The position numbers were made by a program, and so were the translations under genes. From an uncultured bacterium (GTDB lineage: Bacteria; Patescibacteriota; Microgenomatia; Levybacterales; UBA12049), in NCBI GenBank assembly GCA_963826535.1, contig CAWGXL010000011.1, forward strand, positions 128,809 through 192,808: a stretch of DNA of 64,000 nt. Reading direction: 5' to 3'. This document shows positions 29,116 to 39,812 of the stretch, piece after piece. The notes below the pieces were generated by a model. That model did no database searches. It was not told the origin of the DNA and saw only the letters and a program-made list of their open reading frames with translations. Each line of letters starts with the position of its first letter. The stretch's first letter is position 1.

Positions 29116-32100
29116 TTACCCTGTCTTTTCGGCCGATTGGTCAACCTCTTCGGTGGGCGGGACTTCTGGTGTTGCTGCGGTTTCAATTTTGTCAGTTTTG
29201 TCGATAACCTCTTGCGCTTCAAGTGATTTCTGTAGTTCCACAACCTGATCTTTAATTTTTTCAGAAGCGACTTCTTCTTTCACTTCAACTGCTTCATTAT
29301 AGACTACCGCACCTACCGGCACAACATTTAGCCCGAGAGACTGTAATTCTTTGATAAGTACTTTGAAAGATTCGGGAACTTTGGGTGTTGGGATGTCGGT
29401 TCCTTTGACAATAGCTTCAAATGCCTTTGCACGACCTACTATATCGTCCGATTTAATAGTTAACATTTCTTGTAAAATATAGCGCGCGCGATGTGCCTCC
29501 AATGCCCAGACTTCCATTTCTCCTAATCTCTGTCCACCCATTTGTGCTTTTCCACCGAGGGGTTGTTGGGTAACTAGCGAATATGGACCTGTTGAGCGCG
29601 CGTGTGTTTTATCTTCAACCATGTGAATAAGTTTCATAATATATTCAATTCCAACAACAACTTCATTTTGGTATGGCAAACCTGTACGACCATCTAATAA
29701 TTGAACCTTGCCATGAACTGGCAGCCCTGCTTGCTTAAGTAATTTGACAATTTTGTCTTCGGAAATTTTTTCAAAAACAGGTACGCCAATTTTCATATTG
29801 AGTTTTTGTGCGGCAAAACCAAGATGCGCTTCAAGAAGTTGACCCAGATTCATACGGGCAAGCACGCTAATCGGAGAAATAATGATATCAATCGGTGTGC
29901 CGTCGGACAGACACGGCATGTCAGCGATTGGCAGAATTCGGGAAATAATTCCTTTATTTCCGTGCCGGCCGGCCAATTTGTCGCCAACAACTACATGACG
30001 GAATTGGGCGACTTCAATAATAATCTTTCGAGTGGTGCCCGGTTCAAGCTCGTCGCCCTGTTTTCTATCGAGGATTTGAATATTAATAACTGTTCCTCTT
30101 TCACCATGCGGCATACGAAGGCTGGTATCGCGAACTTCACGTGCTTGTTCTCCAAAGATGGCGCGGAGTAATCTTTCTTCGGCTGTTAATTCCGTTTCGC
30201 CTTTGGGAGCAATTTTGCCAACTAAAATATCTCCAGGCGAAACTTCACTTCCGAGCACGACAATCCCGGTTTCATCAAGATTGGCAAGGTCTTCTTCTGA
30301 GACATTTGGGATATCGCGGGTTGTTTCTTCCGGCCCAAGTTTGGTTTCGACAACAGCAGCTTCATATTTCTCAATATGAATTGAAGATAGAATATTTTCT
30401 TTGACCAAACGATCCGAGATGACAATAGCATCTTCATATCCCAATCCGTCAAGCGATGCATATGCAATCAGGAGATTTCGTCCAAGGGCTAATTCTCCGT
30501 TTTGGGCTGAGGGTCCATCAATAATAACATCTTCCTTCTTAACTGATTGTCCCATAACCACAAGCGGACGCTGTGTATAGGAGGTTGCTTGTGATGTCCG
30601 CTGGAATGTCTCGACTTTGTATGTTTCTTTTTTATCACCTTTACCTTCTATTACTACTTTTTCAGAATCGACATAGATTATTTTTCCGTTAAACGGGGCC
30701 TTCACTACTCTTTTCATAACTTCCGCAATGGTCGACTCCATGCCGGTGCCAACAATCGGACTCTCGGGATGAACAAGCGGCACAGCCTGACATTGCATGT
30801 GTGTTCCCATAAGTGCACGGTTGGCTTCGTCATGGGCAATAAAAGGAATTAATGATGCCGAAGTACCGACTACCTGACGCGGCACGACATCAATGTATTC
30901 AATTGCTTCGCGGTCAACTTCGATAAAGTCTCCCTTATATCTTGCGGGAACCCGTTGGTCTAGTATTTCTCCTTTATCCGAGATGGAAATACCTGCATGA
31001 GTTATGTGATGCCCTAATTCGTCATCTGCTGTCAGATAAACGATTTCATCGGTAATTTTAACAGAATTTTTCCCTCCTCTTTTCTCTTTTATAACTTTCT
31101 TGTAAGGGGATTCAAGGAAACCATATTCATTTACTTTTGCATAGAGGGCTTTATATGTTACGAGACCAATATTTGGACCTTCAGGACTTCTAATCGGATC
31201 AATTCTTCCATATTGAGAACTGTTGATATCGCGAATAGAAAATGCGGCTCTTTCTCTGGAAATACCTCCTGTTCCCATGACAGTTAAACGGTTAAGATTG
31301 TCGATTTCAGAAAGCGGATTGGTTTGGTCGAGGATAGTTGAGAGTTGGGAAGTACGAAAGAATTCATTAATGGCTGCCATAATCGGACGTGCATTGATAA
31401 GATTGGCAACAGCTATGGGTGTATCCGGCTGCAGAAGGCTCATGCGTTCCTTAATGCTTCTTTCAACTCTAAGAATTCCAAGGCGGAAGGCATTAATGGC
31501 GACCAGTTCTCCAACACTTCTGACTCGGCGATTGGCAAGACTATCAATGTCATCAATATCACCCCTACCTTGCTCAAGCATTATAAGGTAGGAGATTGTG
31601 GCTATAATATCATCTACGTTCAAAACATGTTCCTCAGATGGGGTAAAACCCGGGACCTTCTTGAGGCGTTTGTTTATTTTATATCTCCCAACAACTCCGA
31701 GATCATAGCGGCGATTATTGAAGAAGAGATTGGTAAAATATTCTCTAACTTTATCCAAAACAATCGGCTCACCCGGATGCATTTTTTTGAAAATTTCGAC
31801 AATTGCCTCTATTTCATTGCTTGCTTCATCCTTCTCTAAGGTATTATCGATAAATGATATTTCCCTACCTTCTTCCAGGTTCTTGAATTTTTCTTTAATG
31901 GCAGCATTCTCTGAAATTCCGAGCGCACGTAAAAATGTGGTTGCAAGAAATTTGCGTCTGCGGTCAATTTTTACTGTAATCGTACCATAACGAGTTGTGG
32001 CAAACTCGAGCCAAGAACCATGAGTTGGGCGAATTTCTGTGGAGTAAAGTGTCCTGCCGGTAATTGGGTCTTGTGTTCCAATAAAAAATACTCCCGGAGA

Positions 32101-32523
32101 GCGCACTAACTGATTGACTACTGCTCTCTCGATACCATTTACAATAAAAGTTCCCCTTTCTGTCATTTGCGGAATATCGCCCAAGAATACTTCTGCTTCA
32201 TAAGTAGCATTGGTTTTTTTGTTAGTTAAAGTGACTTTTACGGTAAGCGGCGCATTGTAAGTAAGTCCTTTTATGAGCGCTGTTTCGGGATCAATAGTAG
32301 GCTTGCCGACTTTATGTTCACTGAAGTAAAGGCTCCAATTCTTTCCGGTGAAATCATCAACAGGAGAAATTTCATGTAGAACCTCTGCTATGCCTTTTTC
32401 CTGAAATAATTTATATGAATTTTTTTGGACTGCCAAAAGATCAAGTTCCGGTAATATAAGATGACTTTTTCCCCAATTTTGTCTGATTATATTGTTATTT
32501 GGTGGTAAAACTTGCTTTGGCAT
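29116..32523 (-). CDS. rpoB: RNA polymerase beta subunit (start probably 32523)
   Basis: GDKLAGRHGNKG, GGQRLGEME, PEGPNIGL. Confidence 0.99.
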   Translation of the reverse strand: MPKQVLPPNNNIIRQNWGKSHLILPELDLLAVQKNSYKLFQEKGIAEVLHEISPVDDFTGKNWSLYFSEHKVGKPTIDPETALIKGLTYNAPLTVKVTLTNKKTNATYEAEVFLGDIPQMTERGTFIVNGIERAVVNQLVRSPGVFFIGTQDPITGRTLYSTEIRPTHGSWLEFATTRYGTITVKIDRRRKFLATTFLRALGISENAAIKEKFKNLEEGREISFIDNTLEKDEASNEIEAIVEIFKKMHPGEPIVLDKVREYFTNLFFNNRRYDLGVVGRYKINKRLKKVPGFTPSEEHVLNVDDIIATISYLIMLEQGRGDIDDIDSLANRRVRSVGELVAINAFRLGILRVERSIKERMSLLQPDTPIAVANLINARPIMAAINEFFRTSQLSTILDQTNPLSEIDNLNRLTVMGTGGISRERAAFSIRDINSSQYGRIDPIRSPEGPNIGLVTYKALYAKVNEYGFLESPYKKVIKEKRGGKNSVKITDEIVYLTADDELGHHITHAGISISDKGEILDQRVPARYKGDFIEVDREAIEYIDVVPRQVVGTSASLIPFIAHDEANRALMGTHMQCQAVPLVHPESPIVGTGMESTIAEVMKRVVKAPFNGKIIYVDSEKVVIEGKGDKKETYKVETFQRTSQATSYTQRPLVVMGQSVKKEDVIIDGPSAQNGELALGRNLLIAYASLDGLGYEDAIVISDRLVKENILSSIHIEKYEAAVVETKLGPEETTRDIPNVSEEDLANLDETGIVVLGSEVSPGDILVGKIAPKGETELTAEERLLRAIFGEQAREVRDTSLRMPHGERGTVINIQILDRKQGDELEPGTTRKIIIEVAQFRHVVVGDKLAGRHGNKGIISRILPIADMPCLSDGTPIDIIISPISVLARMNLGQLLEAHLGFAAQKLNMKIGVPVFEKISEDKIVKLLKQAGLPVHGKVQLLDGRTGLPYQNEVVVGIEYIMKLIHMVEDKTHARSTGPYSLVTQQPLGGKAQMGGQRLGEMEVWALEAHRARYILQEMLTIKSDDIVGRAKAFEAIVKGTDIPTPKVPESFKVLIKELQSLGLNVVPVGAVVYNEAVEVKEEVASEKIKDQVVELQKSLEAQEVIDKTDKIETAATPEVPPTEEVDQSAEKTG

Positions 32524-32659
32524 GTGAGAAATTCTATTAAGCAGGATATCCTCTATAACACGCAATAAAAAATACTGGGGCCTGGCCCTTATATTTTTGA
32601 TTGAAAGAGAGTCTTTGTAATGTATAGCATATAAACTATATGCATGTCAATACCTTTGG

Positions 32660-33403
32660 TTATGGTATAAGAGATTGTCGTGGCTGACTAGGTGGATCAA
32701 TATATATTATTTGTTGTTCGGTTTTTTTGCTCTTTTCTCTTTCTGTACTTTTTCGATCTTGGGTTAGAACTTTGGATTTATTTTCATAAGGAGGCGACTT
32801 AGATTGAAATGCCGGCAATTTAGACTTAGCCTGACCTTGGCCAAGACTCTTTTCCGGCGTTTTTGATTTGTTGACATTACTATCCGGTTCTTGCTTGTTG
32901 GAATGTTTATCATTATTAGTACGAGGCACTTCAATAGCAATAAACGTTCCACGTTTTGCGGCAGCGCTAGTACCTGTTATCGCATCATGCAGCAATTCGT
33001 ATCCTTGTCCGGCAATTCTAACTTTTACTTCGTTTTCTGTCTTATCGAGTATGGCAAGCTCCATTGCCCGCTCATCACCTTTTCCCGTATTGGTGAAGAT
33101 CCCAATACAATCGTGTTTCGGCGGACAAAATTTCTCAATTATCACCTGGGCAGAAATCCTGTCTGCCTCAGACAACGCTTCTGTAGCTGCTTCACCCGTT
33201 ATAGGATCGACGGTGGCAGTGTCTTCTCTATCAATCGCACTCATATTATATGGGGTTGCGCATCCTCCCAATGCTATAGCTTCTGACCCTACAAGCAACA
33301 TAGCAAAGAGAGTATTTTTTGACTTGCTTTTACTACTTGTATTTACTTCATTAGTCTTTGGAGGTTTTGGAAAAAGTTCTCTATTAGGTGAAGATTCCTT
33401 CAT
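32660..33403 (-). CDS. hypothetical protein with lipobox-like segment
   Basis: hydrophobic stretch ending ALGGC; low-complexity C-terminus. Confidence 0.6.
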   Translation of the reverse strand: MKESSPNRELFPKPPKTNEVNTSSKSKSKNTLFAMLLVGSEAIALGGCATPYNMSAIDREDTATVDPITGEAATEALSEADRISAQVIIEKFCPPKHDCIGIFTNTGKGDERAMELAILDKTENEVKVRIAGQGYELLHDAITGTSAAAKRGTFIAIEVPRTNNDKHSNKQEPDSNVNKSKTPEKSLGQGQAKSKLPAFQSKSPPYENKSKVLTQDRKSTEREKSKKTEQQIIYIDPPSQPRQSLIP

Positions 33404-33475
33404 ACTCTCGGGGAGGTATACTTATTTAACATAAAATTAGAATACTGTCAATTTTCCGATAGCAGTTTAGTCGGG

Positions 33476-35287
33476 TTATTTTATTGCTTCTATCTCAGGA
33501 TATTTAACCATGGTCGGGACTTTAAAACTTGGTAATCTCTCTACCTTGCTAGTGGCTGTTGCTAATATGACAATTCTTTCCTTCCTTCCATTACGTTTAG
33601 GGTCTATAATTCCCGCTGAAATATTTATAGCCTCGCGAAGATCTTTCTTAGATTTCTTTTGGTTATTGTCCAAATTCCCCAATACTGTATACGTAACTAC
33701 AGCATTAGGCATCAAAATATTATTACCACCAACATTAACCTCGATCGGAGCCCAATTATTTCGATCCAGATTAAGCTTTCCATTTGGAGCCCATACCACA
33801 ATTCGCTCTCTTGGTTTTTCTTTCAGCCCGAATGCAAATACGCCACGATCTTTAAGCCACTTACCAATATTACTATACCTTATAGCTCCCGTTCCTTTCC
33901 AACTCTCATTTGCCTTTGGTTTCATAATAAGGGTAGCCCCGGTATCGGTTATTTCAACCTGCAATCCCTTTTCGTTCCCATCGGCCACTTCTGGGGTGCC
34001 ATTATCAAGGTACTCCACATTCCTCCAATCCCTTGAAATCTGCTTTAGAACAGCATTAGAATTCACACTTCCGGACTCGGATTTGGCTTCATCTCCCCAG
34101 GCGGTATTCTTCCCATCCAAACGCACTTCGAAATTTCCCAACTTTTTTAGTTCGATAAATTCTTTGTTAACAAGTTCACGTTGTAACTCAGGTTGAAGAT
34201 AAGAATTAGGGACAAGATTAGTAGTTTGAGGATTGGTAATTATATTATCCGGCACCTTTGATTCGACAGGTTTATCCGGCGGTGATGCGGGACAAGCAGC
34301 TAATGCTAGGGTAGAAAATAACACTCCTGTTCTAAATCTATTGCGTAGGCTTTTATTTTTACTCCTTTGATTTTTAGAAATATCTAAAGATTTACTTAGA
34401 TAAGGGCTAGAGTCTATTTTAAATCCTTCTGTTTTTCTTGCTTCTTGTCTTTCTTTCAGCCTATCCTCCCATGCTTTGGTGTGTGTATACGATATTTTTG
34501 GATCCCCTGATTCTTCCATAACTATGCTTTGATTGAATTGTTGCTCTGCCTTTGTCGCAAATTCTTCAGTGTTAAACTTTATATTGCTTACACCCTCTGC
34601 AAGATGTTTTGCGACTTCTGAGTAATCTGCATGATAGAATCTACCAAAAGCTTCCAGTAACGAAATTTCGCTTACTTTTATTTTGCCTGTTTGTTTATCT
34701 TTTTCATTTATTTTTACGGCCGGTTTTTGGGCTTCTATTAACTCCTCTGCAGTAAGTTTTGTTCCAACTTGAAATGCGAAGTAGCCTAAATCGCCTTTAC
34801 CCTTACCATCTTTGGCAAAATATTCATCATACAATTTCCCTGCACCATTGTTTACTGAAATACCAAGTTTTCTCAACATTTGTTCTTCCGGCTTGTCTTT
34901 AAATTTAAGTAGAAGCTTATTTGTGGTATCCAGCCAATTCAGCTTCTGTTGCGCAAAAGACATGTCCTTATATTCACTATCTGAGCCATTCCAATATTCA
35001 CTTCGTTTATGCATGGATCCGCTGGTAATCGTTTTAGTTTCAATGGGCACATTAGCATTTATCTTATTTTTTACTTCTTGTAGTTTTTGCACAAGAGCTA
35101 CTCCTGGACCGGGCATCGAACCGTCAAACAGAAGTTTCGCTTGAAGTGCAATATGGGGTTCACCAAGCAATGGTTTTTTCGTAGCAACCTCCGGGATTGC
35201 AAATCCCATAAGAGCCGGTTCTGCTAAACGTCGTTGACTCGCGCGGATAAAGCTCTCCGGATTGGGTCTTGTTAACTCGGGATTCAT
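33476..35287 (-). CDS. large hypothetical protein with internal TM/lipobox-like segment
   Basis: 603-aa ORF; central RNRFRTGVLFSTLALAAC. Confidence 0.7.
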   Translation of the reverse strand: MNPELTRPNPESFIRASQRRLAEPALMGFAIPEVATKKPLLGEPHIALQAKLLFDGSMPGPGVALVQKLQEVKNKINANVPIETKTITSGSMHKRSEYWNGSDSEYKDMSFAQQKLNWLDTTNKLLLKFKDKPEEQMLRKLGISVNNGAGKLYDEYFAKDGKGKGDLGYFAFQVGTKLTAEELIEAQKPAVKINEKDKQTGKIKVSEISLLEAFGRFYHADYSEVAKHLAEGVSNIKFNTEEFATKAEQQFNQSIVMEESGDPKISYTHTKAWEDRLKERQEARKTEGFKIDSSPYLSKSLDISKNQRSKNKSLRNRFRTGVLFSTLALAACPASPPDKPVESKVPDNIITNPQTTNLVPNSYLQPELQRELVNKEFIELKKLGNFEVRLDGKNTAWGDEAKSESGSVNSNAVLKQISRDWRNVEYLDNGTPEVADGNEKGLQVEITDTGATLIMKPKANESWKGTGAIRYSNIGKWLKDRGVFAFGLKEKPRERIVVWAPNGKLNLDRNNWAPIEVNVGGNNILMPNAVVTYTVLGNLDNNQKKSKKDLREAINISAGIIDPKRNGRKERIVILATATSKVERLPSFKVPTMVKYPEIEAIK

Positions 35288-35408
35288 TATTTGGCATTAT
35301 AGCCAGCCTTATAATAGTTGTCAACTATTCGATTTAGATTATAGAATGAGGTCTATCTGCGAATTTCGTTGGATGATATGATAATGAACCGGATTTTTCA
35401 AGCAGTCT

Positions 35409-37094
35409 CTAAGGAGATAGCTTGTCTGCGCCGACAAGCTCTTGAATTTTACTGAATCCTTCCCGCCAATTACGTAGCTTTCTAAAGGCTAAAAGATAAG
35501 TGCTTGCCTCTTTTACATTAAAAAGCCAAGTTAAGAAAAGATAAAGGCTAAGTCCCGCCATGCTTGATATGCCAGTCAAAAAAATAAGATTAATTGTCCT
35601 TGTAGTGTCAAATACCAGCTGATCGAGAAGTTTGATCGGAATATAAAGTGCGAACGCGGTAAAAAAGGTTGAAACAAAAAATTTTACCCATGGCACAAAA
35701 AACGAACGCTTATTAAATCCGCCAACTTTCGCGTCAAGCAAAAGAAAAAGAACAACAAGCTGAACAATACTGCTGATACTAAAGGCAATTGCTAATCCCT
35801 CGACACCCGAATCCATGTAATCTATCCTTAAATGCCAGACTATAATAAAAAGATAGGCCGCGACCACAAATAGCACATTAGTTATAGCGCTGACAACGAG
35901 AGGAGTTTTTGTATCATGCAATGCATAAAATCCCCGCAATATCAATGTAATGAGAGCTTGAGCAAAAATAGAAATTGCAAAAAATTTCAATGTATCTCCT
36001 GTCAATACAGTAGAAGGCCAGTCAAGTTTGGGCGCTCCATAGACCAAGCGTACCAAAGGAATACGCAAAACAAGTATAAGAGCTGAAATCGGCAAGACGA
36101 TATAAAGCATTTGGTTAAAACTATTTATAAAAGTCGACTTAAAATCGTCCAGGCGATCTTTTTCTCTTGCCAAAATAGGGAATGCTGCCTGAGCAATTGC
36201 GTTTCCGAAAAGCACGACAGGGGCAAAGGCAAGCGTTTTCGCTAAATCAAAGATAGTATTCATTTTTGTTGGTTCAGGAAGAAGAGATATAAAAGCACCT
36301 ATAGCAACTATCGATGAATTTCCGATTATTACCGAGATTGCCCGCGGCCACATCATGTGCCCCACTTTTTTAATACCATCCAGTACCGAAGCCGTCCAGG
36401 AGAGGCTAAATTTAAAACCAACTTTAAGAGCCAACGGAATTTGAACCAAAACAAAAATAAGCGCTCCCAATACTGAGCCGATCATAGCGGAATAGATTCC
36501 AAAAGTTGAAGCGAATATTAAAATTCCGGCAATTATACCAACATTATAAAAAGCTGCAGCCATAGCCGGGATAAGGAAATTATTATACGATTGCAGCAAG
36601 GCAGTAAAAAATGTGCCGATAATAAACAAAAATTCACTGAAAATATAAATTCTAGTCATATTAACCATTATCGTCATCTCTTGTTCAGTTAAATGTCCAC
36701 CTAGATTAAATATTTGTAAAATTGACTCGGCAAAAAATGCCAAAATGCAAGAGATAATTAAAAATAGGATAAAACCGATAAAAAGAAGAGTAGATGCCAT
36801 CTTATGCCCTTCTTGTTCATTACCTTTATGAATATAGCCTGTAAATATAGGAATAAATGCAGATGTAAGTGCCGCGGCGATAGTCAACTGGAATATATAA
36901 TCCGGAAGGTAAGATGCATAAAAATAAATTCCTACCTGGGATACGCCAAAAATAGAAATCATTAAGCGTTGACGGATGAGACCGAGCACCTGTGAGAAAA
37001 CTACAGTAGCCATAATAACAAAGGCCGCGGAGAGAATATTGGTCTGCCGTTTTGACAATAAATCAAGACTTTTCCATAAAAAATTATTACGCAT
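35409..37094 (-). CDS. murJ: lipid II flippase MurJ/MviN
   Basis: LGLIRQ, LPDYIF, SAFIPIF, FYALHDTKTP; many TM. Confidence 0.9.
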   Translation of the reverse strand: MRNNFLWKSLDLLSKRQTNILSAAFVIMATVVFSQVLGLIRQRLMISIFGVSQVGIYFYASYLPDYIFQLTIAAALTSAFIPIFTGYIHKGNEQEGHKMASTLLFIGFILFLIISCILAFFAESILQIFNLGGHLTEQEMTIMVNMTRIYIFSEFLFIIGTFFTALLQSYNNFLIPAMAAAFYNVGIIAGILIFASTFGIYSAMIGSVLGALIFVLVQIPLALKVGFKFSLSWTASVLDGIKKVGHMMWPRAISVIIGNSSIVAIGAFISLLPEPTKMNTIFDLAKTLAFAPVVLFGNAIAQAAFPILAREKDRLDDFKSTFINSFNQMLYIVLPISALILVLRIPLVRLVYGAPKLDWPSTVLTGDTLKFFAISIFAQALITLILRGFYALHDTKTPLVVSAITNVLFVVAAYLFIIVWHLRIDYMDSGVEGLAIAFSISSIVQLVVLFLLLDAKVGGFNKRSFFVPWVKFFVSTFFTAFALYIPIKLLDQLVFDTTRTINLIFLTGISSMAGLSLYLFLTWLFNVKEASTYLLAFRKLRNWREGFSKIQELVGADKLSP

Positions 37095-37136
37095 AGCGCA
37101 GTTGTGTTTTTAAGTATAGCATGCTAAAATGGCAAA

Positions 37137-37385
37137 ATGCCAGTATTGCATAACGCCAAAAAAAAGTTAAAACAGGATAAAAAACGTGCCATACATAATC
37201 GCAAAATAAAAGCACAATTTAGAGAGTTAATTAAAGCAGCAAAGCTGGGAAAAAAGCCTGATATTATAAGTCGCGCATTCAGCAGCATCGATCGCGCTGC
37301 AAAGCACAATATAATTCACAAAAATAAAGCAGCCAGGATGAAAGCTTCAATTGCAAAAATAACAACCCCTCATAAATCTGCCTAA
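37137..37385 (+). CDS. rpsT: 30S ribosomal protein S20
   Basis: IDRAAKHNIIHKNKAARMK. Confidence 0.93.
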   Translation: MPVLHNAKKKLKQDKKRAIHNRKIKAQFRELIKAAKLGKKPDIISRAFSSIDRAAKHNIIHKNKAARMKASIAKITTPHKSA

Positions 37386-37406
37386 TTTCTGTGATAAAAT
37401 AATAAT

Positions 37407-38666
37407 ATGCTAGATATTAAATTCATCCGCGAAAATCCGGAGTTAGTTCAGAAAGCGTCCAGAGATAAAAAGGTTGAGGTTGATATCAATCATCTGCTTG
37501 AAATCGATAAAAAGAAACAACAACTGCAAAAATCAGTACAGTCGCTGCAACAAGAACGGAATGCGTTTGCGAAAAATATTAAGGGCAAACCTACAAATGA
37601 GCAAGTAGAAGAAGGCAAAAAAATAAAAGTAAAGCTTGAGAAAGAAGAGAATGCATTTAATGCTGTAAATGAGGAACTGGATGCAATATTGCGCAAGATC
37701 CCCAACGTTGCAAAGTCTGATGTAAAAGTTGGAAAAGACGAGTCAGAGAATGAAGTGTTGCGCAAATATAAAGAGCCAACTAAATTTACATTTAAACCAA
37801 AAGACCATTTGGAAATTGGAGAAGCGTTAGATATTATTAATGTAAAGACAGCAGCGAAAGTTTCAGGTACTCGCTTTGGCTATTTAAAAAATGAAGGGGT
37901 ACTATTGGAGTTTGCACTCAAACAGCTCGCTTTTGACACTCTTATCCCACAAGGATTCATTCCGGTTCTGCCGCCGGTTCTAGTAAAAAAAGAAATTATG
38001 GAAGGATTGGGCTATACGGAATTGGGAGAAGACGCAAATATATTTTTTCTCGAAAAAGATAATTTATACCTTGTTGGCACATCGGAGCAAGCTCTGGTGC
38101 CAATGCACAAAGATGAGGTGCTAAAAAAAGAAGAATTACCTAAGCGCTATGTTGGCTTTTCTACTTCTTTCCGCCGTGAAGCCGGCAGCTATGGGAAAGA
38201 TACGCGCGGTATTTTTCGTGTCCATCAATTTGACAAAGTCGAAATGGTTTCCTTTGTTGCAGAAGGCGATGATGATAGGGAACATGAATATATGCTGGCA
38301 ATAGAGGAAAAGTTTTTCCAAATGCTTGAAATCCCCTATCAAGTTGTGAGAATTTGTACAGGCGATTTAGGATTTAATGCTGCAAGAAAATATGATATTG
38401 AAGCGTGGATTCCTTCACAAAATAAATATCGCGAAGTTACTTCTACTTCAACAGTGACAGACTTTCAATCCAGAAGATTAAATATGCGCTATCAAGATGG
38501 TAATGAAAAGAAATATATGCAAGTGCTCAATGGCACAGCATTTTCCATGAACCGGCCGATTATTGCTATTCTTGAGAATTATCAACAAGAAGACGGGAGT
38601 GTCGTGATTCCGGAAGTGTTAAGAAAATATATCGGTAAAGATATTATAAAACCACATAAAACTTAA
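37407..38666 (+). CDS. serS: seryl-tRNA synthetase
   Basis: GTSE, FRREAG, RVHQFDKVE, LNGTA. Confidence 0.97.
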   Translation: MLDIKFIRENPELVQKASRDKKVEVDINHLLEIDKKKQQLQKSVQSLQQERNAFAKNIKGKPTNEQVEEGKKIKVKLEKEENAFNAVNEELDAILRKIPNVAKSDVKVGKDESENEVLRKYKEPTKFTFKPKDHLEIGEALDIINVKTAAKVSGTRFGYLKNEGVLLEFALKQLAFDTLIPQGFIPVLPPVLVKKEIMEGLGYTELGEDANIFFLEKDNLYLVGTSEQALVPMHKDEVLKKEELPKRYVGFSTSFRREAGSYGKDTRGIFRVHQFDKVEMVSFVAEGDDDREHEYMLAIEEKFFQMLEIPYQVVRICTGDLGFNAARKYDIEAWIPSQNKYREVTSTSTVTDFQSRRLNMRYQDGNEKKYMQVLNGTAFSMNRPIIAILENYQQEDGSVVIPEVLRKYIGKDIIKPHKT

Positions 38667-38697
38667 ACAATTAGTATGATTTACTCATATTATGCAG

Positions 38698-38810
38698 TTG
38701 TCATTCCCGCGAACGCGGGAATCCAGGAGGTAAAATAATTTTTTACATTTTATCTTTATAAGGAAGAGTTATTTATATCTTCTGGATTCCCCTGTCCAGG
38801 GGAATGACAA
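38698..38810. repeat. REP/dRS3-like palindromic element
   Basis: TTGTCATTCCCGCGAACGCGGGAATCCAG...CTGGATTCCCCTGTCCAGGGGAATGACAA; outer inverted flanks about 38683-38831. Confidence 0.85.
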
Positions 38811-38843
38811 ATTATTTTTGCGTAACATGAGCAAGTAAGAAAT

Positions 38844-39755
38844 ATGATTTTTCTTGAAAAATACGAACTCCTGAAAAAATCTATTCCTGTGGCGGCGCTT
38901 GTGCTTGGTAATTCGGTTGACTGTGAATATTCAGATTTTATAACTTTATGTAAGAATTGCTACTATTGTTTTGATGCGTCTTATATAGAAGACAGTATGT
39001 ATGTTGTCCTGGGAGCTTTTAATAAAAATCTTGTGGACTGTCTTGCCATGGCTGACTCTGAGAAATGTTATGGATGCGTAGAGTCTACTAAATGCCACAG
39101 TTCTACTTATTTATTACATTGTAATAATTGTACCGATTGTCATTTTTCATCGTATTTAAATGCTTGCTCTGATTGTTTTGGTTGTGTTGGTCTTAACCAT
39201 AAGAAGTATTGTATCTTCAACAAGCAATACTCCAAAGTAGAATACTTTAAGAAAATAGAAGAGCTGAAAAGTGAGAAACCAGAAAATCTTCTTGAGCAAA
39301 TGCGTAAACTCAAAAAACAAATACCACATCCTGCAACTTATCAATCTAATAGCGAAAATTGTCCGTTTGGAAATTACGTATATAATTCTAATAACTGTTA
39401 TTGGATCTTTAATACATTTTACTTTGAAAATTGCGGATATGCATATTACTCAGCAATTGCAAAGAACTGTTGGGATATGTATTGTTCAGGTGGAAGCAAA
39501 GAAGAAAACGGCATGACTGAAAAATGTTACGAGATGGTTGCTTCAAGGCCAAGTAACTATGAGTGCGCATATCAATTTATATCCCAATACTGTACGAATT
39601 GCTATTATGGCATTGATCTTAGAAATTGCTCCGACTGTTTTGGCTGCGTAGGACTGACCAATAAAAAATACTGTATTTTAAATAACCAATTGACCAAAGA
39701 ACGGTATGAAAATGCTGTTAAAGAAATCAAAAAAGAGCTTGGGTGGAAAGTTTAA
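38844..39755 (+). CDS. Cys-rich repeat protein, paralog 1
   Basis: twice-repeated CSDCFGCVGLxxKKYCIxN; many CxxC. Confidence 0.8.
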   Translation: MIFLEKYELLKKSIPVAALVLGNSVDCEYSDFITLCKNCYYCFDASYIEDSMYVVLGAFNKNLVDCLAMADSEKCYGCVESTKCHSSTYLLHCNNCTDCHFSSYLNACSDCFGCVGLNHKKYCIFNKQYSKVEYFKKIEELKSEKPENLLEQMRKLKKQIPHPATYQSNSENCPFGNYVYNSNNCYWIFNTFYFENCGYAYYSAIAKNCWDMYCSGGSKEENGMTEKCYEMVASRPSNYECAYQFISQYCTNCYYGIDLRNCSDCFGCVGLTNKKYCILNNQLTKERYENAVKEIKKELGWKV

Positions 39756-39812
39756 TTTAAAATTTAGAATTTATAATTCAGAATTGTATGGTTGATGATT
39801 TGATTTTTTATT

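Noticed and set aside
25434-31990. Long plus-strand ORFs inside rpoB/rpoC (and similar ones elsewhere)
   Set aside because: Antisense shadows of conserved genes with no motifs of their own
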